Source of the DNA: Myxococcota bacterium
Lineage (GTDB): Bacteria > Myxococcota_A > UBA9160 > PR03
DNA: 64,000 bases
Assembly: GCA_041611735.1 (NCBI GenBank)
Contig: JBFIML010000002.1
Location: 64,001-128,000, forward strand
Reading direction: 5' to 3'
Part shown: positions 57,707 to 64,000 of the stretch, piece by piece
How the letters are laid out: each line of letters opens with the position of its first letter
Position numbering within the stretch: position 1 is the first letter of the stretch
The notes under the pieces: model-generated
Told to the model about the DNA's origin: nothing
The model's input: only the letters and a program-made list of their open reading frames with translations
Database searches by the model: none
Program-made: the position numbers and the translations under genes

Positions 57707-59065
57707 CTACGGCGCGCTTTCCGGTGCGACGGGGAGTGTCACCGTGAAGGTCGAACCGCGGCCCAGCTGGCTGCGCACGGTGATCTCCCCGCCCATGGCC
57801 TGGACCAAGTGCTTCACGATGGAGAGCCCGAGGCCCGTCCCCCCCAGGGCCCGGGAGCGGCCGGGGTCCACCCGGTAGAAGCGCTCGAACACGCGCGGGA
57901 GATCGCGGGCGGGAATGCCGATCCCGCTGTCGGCGATCTCGATGCGCACGCGTCCCGTCTCGCTCCGCACGCCGACGAGGACCCGCCCGCCGGCTTCGGT
58001 GTACTTGATGGCGTTGTCGATCAGGTTCTGGAGCACCTGCTCCAGGGCCCGGCGGTTGGCGCGCAGGCGGCCGTCGCCCTCCACGTGGAGGTCCGACTCG
58101 AGGCTCGCCTGGGCCAGGCGCTCCTCCAGCTCCACCAGCAGGTGCGAGACCACCTCGGCCGCGTCCAGGGGCTCAGGCTCCAGGCGCAAGGCCCCGCTCT
58201 CGATGCGCGAGAGGTCCATCAGGTCGTCGAGCAGCGAAGCCAGACGCCGCGCGTTGGCCAGCACGATCTCGGCGGCCCGGAGCGCCTCCGGGTCGTCGAG
58301 CTTGCGTTCCACCAGGCGCTCCGCGAAGCCCCGGATGGCCGTGAGGGGGGTCTTCAGCTCATGGGAGGCGTTGGCCACGAAGTCGCGTCGCACGCGCTCC
58401 AGGTGGCGCACGTCGGTCACGTCGTGGACCACCGCCACCACCCCCGACGGCGGCGCTCCGCGCTGGAGGGGGGCGGCGTGCACCCGCAGGCGGCGGTCGG
58501 CCGCATCGCGCAGCTCCACCTCGCGCCCGGCCGGCCGGCCGCTGCGCAGGGCCTGCCGGATGGTGTCCACCACCTCCGGCTGGCGCACCGCCTCGAGCAG
58601 GATCCGGCCGCCGGGAGGTCCGGGCGTGGCGAGCATCGCGCAGAGCTGCGGGTTGGCCACGAGCACCCGCTCTCCGGCGTCCACCACCAGGACACCCTCG
58701 GCCATGGCCTCGATCACCGCCTGGAGACGTCCGCTCTGCTCCTCCGCCTCCCGCACCCGGTCCGCCACTCGGGCCGCCAGGTCGTCGAGGGCGTTGGCCA
58801 GGGGACGCAGGTCCGCGGGCCAGGAGAGCGGCGCGGACGGGCCGCGAACGTCGCGGCCCAGCTCCTCGGTGAGGCGCCGCACCGCTTCGAGGGGCGCCCC
58901 CAGGCGGCGCGCCAGCCAGACCGCCGCCGCCAGGGCGAGGACGAGCCCCGCGCCCAGGGCGAAGGCCAGGGCGCGTCCCGAAGCCCCGCCCAGGGCGGCC
59001 CCCGCCGCCGTCCCCAGCAGCACCACTGCGACCGCGCTCGCGACTCTGCGTCGAATGCCCGACAA
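57707..59065 (-). CDS. phoR: Phosphate regulon sensor kinase
   Basis: 2 [48 protein letters not shown]. Confidence 0.92.
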   Translation of the reverse strand: MSGIRRRVASAVAVVLLGTAAGAALGGASGRALAFALGAGLVLALAAAVWLARRLGAPLEAVRRLTEELGRDVRGPSAPLSWPADLRPLANALDDLAARVADRVREAEEQSGRLQAVIEAMAEGVLVVDAGERVLVANPQLCAMLATPGPPGGRILLEAVRQPEVVDTIRQALRSGRPAGREVELRDAADRRLRVHAAPLQRGAPPSGVVAVVHDVTDVRHLERVRRDFVANASHELKTPLTAIRGFAERLVERKLDDPEALRAAEIVLANARRLASLLDDLMDLSRIESGALRLEPEPLDAAEVVSHLLVELEERLAQASLESDLHVEGDGRLRANRRALEQVLQNLIDNAIKYTEAGGRVLVGVRSETGRVRIEIADSGIGIPARDLPRVFERFYRVDPGRSRALGGTGLGLSIVKHLVQAMGGEITVRSQLGRGSTFTVTLPVAPESAP

Positions 59066-59099
59066 GGGGTCGGCCTCGTGCGAGGAAGGAGCGACCGGG

Positions 59100-59780
59100 C
59101 TACTCGGTGAAACGGTAGCCCACCCCGCGCACGGTCTCGATCAGGGATCCCGCCTCCCCGAGCTTCTCCCGCAGCCGCTTCAGATGCGTGTCGATCGTAC
59201 GCAGGGTCACGTGCACGTCGGACCCCCAGATCCGGTCCAGCAGGCGCTCGCGGGTCTGGACGCGGCCCGGACGCTCCATGAGCTGGACCAGGAGCTGGAA
59301 CTCCCTGGCGGTGAGCGTCACCTCGAGTCCGTTCACCGCGCAGCGGTGCCGGTCCAGGTCCACCTCGAGGGGCCCGCGCGCCAGGCGCCGCGTCTCGGGC
59401 ACGGCCCCGGTGCGCCGGCGCAGCAGCGCGCGAGCGCGCAGCACCAGCTCGCGGGCGCTGAAGGGCTTCGTCACGTAGTCGTCGGCGCCGAGCTCGAAGC
59501 CCACCACCCGGTCGACCTCGCCCGACCGGGCCGTGAGCATCACCACCGGGAGGTCCGCCGTCTCCGAACGGGCGCGGACGTGCCGGCAGACGTCGCTGCC
59601 GGGCAGGTCGGGCAGCATCCAGTCGAGCACCAGCAGGTCGGGCGGCGCCCGGCGCAGCCGCTCCAGGGCCTGCTGGCCGGTCTCGGCCGTCTCCACGTCG
59701 TAGCCCGCCTCCGCCAGGCTGGCCCGCACCAGCTCGAGAACGTCCGGCTCGTCGTCGACCACTAGGATGCGCTGGGCCAT
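59100..59780 (-). CDS. phoB: PhoB/OmpR-family response regulator
   Basis: [42 protein letters not shown]. Confidence 0.92.
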   Translation of the reverse strand: MAQRILVVDDEPDVLELVRASLAEAGYDVETAETGQQALERLRRAPPDLLVLDWMLPDLPGSDVCRHVRARSETADLPVVMLTARSGEVDRVVGFELGADDYVTKPFSARELVLRARALLRRRTGAVPETRRLARGPLEVDLDRHRCAVNGLEVTLTAREFQLLVQLMERPGRVQTRERLLDRIWGSDVHVTLRTIDTHLKRLREKLGEAGSLIETVRGVGYRFTE

Positions 59781-59904
59781 GGCCCGCGACGTTACCGGCC
59801 GCCCGCGAGCGCCTCCAGCGGCGGCCGGGCTCGTCCCGGGAGCGCCACGAAATCCGGACGGCGTCGGGACTGGACGGCCTGGACGCGGGCCCGGCCGGGG
59901 ACGC

Positions 59905-59933
59905 TTGAGGCCCTCCGGACGAGCCGTCATACT
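59905..59933 (+). promoter_or_regulatory. Sigma70-like promoter of tRNA-Pro
   Basis: TTGAGG-17-CATACT. Confidence 0.5.
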
Positions 59934-59959
59934 CGGGAGGCTCTGGCAGGCGCAGGCGT

Positions 59960-60036
<77 letters not shown>

Positions 60037-60154
60037 CCCCGCGCCGGAGACGGCGGGCCGCCCGGCCCGCCGGCCACCCCCCCGGGCCCGGGTTGCGGCC
60101 CTCGACCGGGATGCGCGCCTCGGAGTAGGATGGAGCCTGCGAAAGGCTCCTCCC

Positions 60155-60814
60155 ATGACCCGACGCCTCCTGCTCCCGCTCGTCCTGCTCCTGCTCGGCG
60201 GCTGCGACCGCCCCCCCGGCGACGACCCCGCCGATGTCCGGGTGCGCGTGAGCTACGTGGGCGTCGACCCGAGGGCGGGAGCGCCCATCGTCATGCTCGA
60301 GGAGGAGAACGGCGGTGGACGTTTGCTTCCGATCTGGATCGGCTTCGCCGAGGCCCGCTCCATCGCCTCCGAGATCGAGCACCGCCGGTCGCCGCGCCCC
60401 AACACCCACGACCTGGCCAAGCAGGTGCTCGTCCAGCTCGAGAGCCGTGTGGAGCGCGTCGTGGTGACCGAGCTGCGCGAGGGCACCTACTACGCGGTGC
60501 TCATGCTCAACCGCAACGGGCGACGGCTCGAGCTCGACGCCCGGCCGAGCGACGCCATCGCACTGGCGCTGCGCTTCGAAGCGCCGGTCTTCGTGCGCGC
60601 CTCGCTGTTCGAGGCCGAGCCGCTGCCGGTCCCCGACGGACCGGAGCGGCAAGCCAGCCGCGTCCCCGCCCACGTCCCGGCCGGATGGCGGAAGGCCGAC
60701 GGCAACTGGCGGTCGGGAGTCCCGACGGCAATTCGAGAAACCGCCCTTCCCGTCGCGAATCGACCTGGCGTCGCAGGGGCGAAACTCTCCGAAGTTCACC
60801 TCCCTTCGCGTTGA
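60155..60814 (+). CDS. Bifunctional nuclease family (DUF151) protein with lipoprotein-like signal
   Basis: [34 protein letters not shown]-terminus [17 protein letters not shown]. Confidence 0.88.
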   Translation: MTRRLLLPLVLLLLGGCDRPPGDDPADVRVRVSYVGVDPRAGAPIVMLEEENGGGRLLPIWIGFAEARSIASEIEHRRSPRPNTHDLAKQVLVQLESRVERVVVTELREGTYYAVLMLNRNGRRLELDARPSDAIALALRFEAPVFVRASLFEAEPLPVPDGPERQASRVPAHVPAGWRKADGNWRSGVPTAIRETALPVANRPGVAGAKLSEVHLPSR

Positions 60815-60839
60815 CAAGCGGCATGGCCGCTGGCACGAT
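60811..60839 (+). promoter_or_regulatory. Sigma70-like promoter
   Basis: TTGACA-17-CACGAT upstream of the 60912 gene. Confidence 0.5.
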
Positions 60840-60911
60840 CGGTCCGACCGTGCGTTGTCCCTCGACGGCACCTGATAGACGCGCGCGCTCGTTGCCCTAC
60901 GCGGAGGGGAG

Positions 60912-61169
60912 ATGACGCACACGGAGCTCGCCTGGCAGTTCGCCGATATCTTCGACGAGCTCGGGGTCGAGCAGATCAACGAGATGCTCGCCAAGAACGT
61001 CCCGCTCGAGACGCTCGAGTTCTTTCGCACGTACGGAGAAGAGTTCGGCAGCGGGGAGGGCTTGAACGAGGCGGTGTCGAAGCGTCTGCCCAACCTGTTG
61101 CTGGTCGGCTACCTGATCCGCGTGCTGGAGGATCGGCTGTTACACGGCGAAGAGGAGCCGAGCGCCTGA
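60912..61169 (+). CDS. Small acidic hypothetical protein (85 aa)
   Basis: Strong SD GGAGGGG; protein-like composition. Confidence 0.75.
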   Translation: MTHTELAWQFADIFDELGVEQINEMLAKNVPLETLEFFRTYGEEFGSGEGLNEAVSKRLPNLLLVGYLIRVLEDRLLHGEEEPSA

Positions 61170-61861
61170 ACGCGTTCCGCGCCTGCGAGCCGTGGCCCAC
61201 CGGGCGCCGCCTGTTCCTGATGCGGCACGGGGAGACCTACGAGCCGCACCTCGACACGCCCATGGCCGGTCCCGACGAGGACCCGGCCCTGCCGCTCACC
61301 GCCCGCGGCCGCATGCAGCTGGAGGCGACGGCCCGGGCGCTGGCGAAGACGGGCCTCGAGGGCGTGTGCTCGTCGCCCTTCCGCCGCAGCCAGGAGACGG
61401 CGCGCGTCGTGGCCGAGCCGCTGGGCCTCGAGGTGACGGCGCTCGAGGCCCTCGGCGAGCTCGCCCTGCATCCCCCCGCCGGCGGCACGCTTCGGCACGT
61501 GGCGCGCCGCTACCTGGAGCTGGCGCGACGGCTCGCGGAGGAGGCTCCGGCCGCGATCCACCTCGACGACGGCCGCGACCTGCGCTCGGCGGTGGAGGAG
61601 GCCCTGGGAGCAGTACGGAGCGCCCTGGAGGAGCAGGGACCGCGCCTCCTGGTGGTGGCCCACGGCGGCCTGAACCGCTTCCTGCTCGCCCACTGGCTGG
61701 GCCTGCCACCGCGCGGCTTCCTCTCCCTGGATCAGGACTTCGGGTGCGTCAACGTGATCGACTTCGTGCGGGGGGGCCGGGCCTGGGTGCGCGCCGTGAA
61801 CGTGACGGTCCACGACCCGGTCAAGCTGGATGGCCTGCCCGGCGGGCTCGGCCGCGGGTGA
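61166..61861 (+). CDS. Histidine phosphatase family protein
   Basis: RLFLMRHGET, SSPFRRSQET, VAHGG; probable CTG start overlapping the upstream TGA. Confidence 0.88.
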   Translation: MNAFRACEPWPTGRRLFLMRHGETYEPHLDTPMAGPDEDPALPLTARGRMQLEATARALAKTGLEGVCSSPFRRSQETARVVAEPLGLEVTALEALGELALHPPAGGTLRHVARRYLELARRLAEEAPAAIHLDDGRDLRSAVEEALGAVRSALEEQGPRLLVVAHGGLNRFLLAHWLGLPPRGFLSLDQDFGCVNVIDFVRGGRAWVRAVNVTVHDPVKLDGLPGGLGRG

Positions 61862-62250
61862 GCGAGCGGGCCCGCGAAGTGCGGACCCCGGGGGCCCCGC
61901 AGCCGGTCGGCCCCTACTCCCAGGCCGTGGTGCACGACCGCCTGGTCTTCGTCTCCGGCCAGATCCCCCTGGATCCGGCCACCAAGCGGCTGGTGGAAGG
62001 GGACGTGGAGATCCAGACCGAGCGCGCGCTGGCGAACCTGGCGGCGGTGCTCGAGGCGGCCGGCTCGTCCCTCGAACGGGTGGTGCGCGTGACCGTCTAT
62101 CTGACCGACCTGGGGCTCTTTCCGCGCGTGAACGAGGTCTATGCCCGTAGCTTCCGCTCGGACCCGAAGCCGGCCCGCACCACCGTGCAGGTGGTCCGCT
62201 TGCCGCTGGACGCCGTCGTCGAGATCGACGCCATCGCGACGCGCTCCTGA
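61858..62250 (+). CDS. RidA/YjgF enamine deaminase
   Basis: GPYSQAV, VSGQIPLDP, VNEVY, PARTTV, LP...VEIDAIA. Confidence 0.93.
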   Translation: MSERAREVRTPGAPQPVGPYSQAVVHDRLVFVSGQIPLDPATKRLVEGDVEIQTERALANLAAVLEAAGSSLERVVRVTVYLTDLGLFPRVNEVYARSFRSDPKPARTTVQVVRLPLDAVVEIDAIATRS

Positions 62251-62257
62251 GCGCGAA

Positions 62258-62860
62258 TCAGCGCACGACTCCCGAGCCGTAGGCGCGCACGATGCGCGGC
62301 AGGTTGACCGCGTTGATGCCGACGTGCGCCACCGTGGGGGCCAGCAGGTTTCCGGTGGCCTCGAACAGAAACCCGAGCAGCAGGCCTGCGGCCACGGAGA
62401 AGACGCTCCAGAGCGCCAGGTCGCGGCGCGGAACGAAGTGGGCCGCCCCGAAGAGCAGGCTCGCCGCCAGCAGCCCGACCCGAGGCTGCAGGGCGCCGCG
62501 GAAGAAGATCTCCTCCGCCACGCCGCTGGCCCCCGCCAGCACCAGGCACTGGCCGAGGCTCAAGGGACCCACCGCCCGGGCCAGGGCCCGCGCCAGGGCC
62601 TCGCCGGACCGGGTATGGCGGGTCAGGAAGTCCGAGAGCCCCACCATGGCGGCCGCGGCCAGGGTCCCGAGAGCCAGGTCGCGCAGCGGAGCGGCGCCTT
62701 GGGCGGCCGCCGCCGGGGCCGCATAGAACGGGCTCTCCCCGCAAAGCCCCAGCCGCCAGGCCAGGGCGAGGCCCGCCAGGACGGCGTAGAAGGCCAGCGC
62801 CAGGCGAACCAGACGCTGGCCGTCCATCCGGGCCCGCTCGTCGAACTGGGTGGCACCCAC
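62258..62860 (-). CDS. CPBP (CAAX/Abi) intramembrane metalloprotease
   Basis: EEIFFRG, FGAAH, AHVGIN. Confidence 0.9.
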   Translation of the reverse strand: MGATQFDERARMDGQRLVRLALAFYAVLAGLALAWRLGLCGESPFYAAPAAAAQGAAPLRDLALGTLAAAAMVGLSDFLTRHTRSGEALARALARAVGPLSLGQCLVLAGASGVAEEIFFRGALQPRVGLLAASLLFGAAHFVPRRDLALWSVFSVAAGLLLGFLFEATGNLLAPTVAHVGINAVNLPRIVRAYGSGVVR

Positions 62861-62988
62861 GTCCCTCCTTCCGTCGCAGCCCTTCGTTGACCGGGGGGTT
62901 GGACCCGGGTAGCTTCCGGTTCGGCCCGACGCCCTCCCCCCGAGGGCGTCGTCTTGTTTGGGCCCAGTCTACCCCGGGGGTCGAGTTC

Positions 62989-63471
62989 ATGTCGGACCGG
63001 ATCCCGATGACCGCCGCCGGCTATGCGAAGCTCGAGGCGGAGCTCAAGCGTCTCAAGGGCGAGGAGCGGCCGCGCATCGTCCGGGAGCTGGAGGCCGCGC
63101 GCGCCCACGGCGACATCTCCGAGAACGCGGAGTTCGAAGCCGCCAAGGAGAAGCAGGCCCACGTGGAGGGTCGCATCCGCCAGATCGAGGATCGGCTCGC
63201 CCGGGCCCAGGTCATCGATCCGACCGGTCAGAGCCCCGACGCGGTCCGCTTCGGAGCGACCGTGGTCCTGATGGACGGAGAGAGCGGGGAGGAGATCACG
63301 TACACCATCGTGGGCGAGGACGAATCCGATGTGGGTGTGGGGCTCATTTCCATCACCTCGCCCGTCGCCCGGGCCCTGCTCGGTCAGCGCATCGAGGCCA
63401 CGGTGCGCGTTCGGGTCCCCCGGGGCATCCGCGAGTTCGAGATCCTCGCCATCCGTTATGAGGAGGAGTGA
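62989..63471 (+). CDS. greA: Transcription elongation factor GreA
   Basis: ARAHGDISENAEF, VRFGATV, YTIVGEDE, ISITSPVARALLG. Confidence 0.96.
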   Translation: MSDRIPMTAAGYAKLEAELKRLKGEERPRIVRELEAARAHGDISENAEFEAAKEKQAHVEGRIRQIEDRLARAQVIDPTGQSPDAVRFGATVVLMDGESGEEITYTIVGEDESDVGVGLISITSPVARALLGQRIEATVRVRVPRGIREFEILAIRYEEE

Positions 63472-63583
63472 GCGCTTGCGCAGTGCTTCGGGCAGTCCGG
63501 TTGCCAGCCGCGCGCGCCCTCGTGTAGCCTCGCGCGGAACGCGGGGACGTTCCCTCCCCCCATCCGATTCCCGGAAGCCACGC

Positions 63584-64000
63584 GTGCGCTCCCTCCAGGT
63601 CAAGTTCAGCTTCGTGGTCGTCTCGCTGCTCGCCACCGCGTGCATCGGTCTCGCGTGGATCGCGACCCAGCACGAGCGGCGCGCCCTGGAGGCGGAGATC
63701 GAGAAGCGTGGCCGCACCCTGGCCGGAAACCTGGCAGGCGTGGCCAAGGAGCCTCTGCTCGCCGAGGACGACCTCCTGCTGGCGAGCCTCGTGAAGCAGG
63801 CCGGTCGCGAGGAAGGAGTCGTGGCGGCGCGCCTGGTGGGCGGCCAGGGGAAGGTCGCAGCCTCCCTGGACCCGGAGGAGGTGGGTCGGCTGGCCGAGCC
63901 CCTGGAGCCCGAGGGCGCCGGGGAGCCCGGTGTGGAGCGCACCGGCCGTCTGCTGCGCGTCGCCTCGCCGGTGCTCTACAGCGGGCTGCGCGTCGGGGAG
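63584..64000 (+). CDS. Membrane sensor protein, N-terminal part (partial; runs off the window)
   Basis: VRSLQVKFSFVVVSLLATACIGLAWIA TM segment, then a Cache-like periplasmic region; frame open to the window end. Confidence 0.7.
   Translation, partial: MRSLQVKFSFVVVSLLATACIGLAWIATQHERRALEAEIEKRGRTLAGNLAGVAKEPLLAEDDLLLASLVKQAGREEGVVAARLVGGQGKVAASLDPEEVGRLAEPLEPEGAGEPGVERTGRLLRVASPVLYSGLRVGE

Noticed and set aside
60132-60150. Hairpin GGAGCC-TGCGAAA-GGCTCC as a riboswitch or MITE remnant
   Set aside because: Only a 6-bp stem with no recognisable aptamer; similarity to the 50419 element ends is too short to be meaningful.

Overview
High-GC bacterial chromosome segment, densely coding and almost all core or metabolic. 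I see no CRISPR array, integrase, transposase or phage genes. The ffs-dnaX-ybaB-recR-mglB-mglA synteny and an orphan EF-G resembling the spd/mitochondrial EF-G1 type suggest a Myxococcota/deltaproteobacterial organism (inference). About 60 CDS are supported, including efp, gltA, fusA, infA, dnaX, recR, mglAB, priA, def, fmt, htpX, rsmB, rpe, phoBR, phoU and greA, plus tRNA-Ser(CGA), tRNA-Pro(CGG) and the SRP RNA. Most unusual items: (1) one ORF fusing heme A synthase (CtaA/Cox15) to a complete type II NADH dehydrogenase; (2) a putative lipid-trafficking locus (exported START protein, LolA-like protein, MMPL/RND transporter with a C-terminal cNMP domain, MFS-HEAT-cNMP protein); (3) two separate TetR + ferritin-like diiron enzyme modules, each with an operator palindrome; (4) an orphan ParA coupled to acyltransferase, pseudo-epimerase and patatin genes; (5) apparent ATT and CTG start codons and leaderless genes; (6) a ~160-bp MITE-like element between priA and def; (7) a four-repeat Pho box before a porin, and a lipoprotein-type DUF151 nuclease beside phoBR. 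All calls come from reading motifs by eye; no database searches were run.
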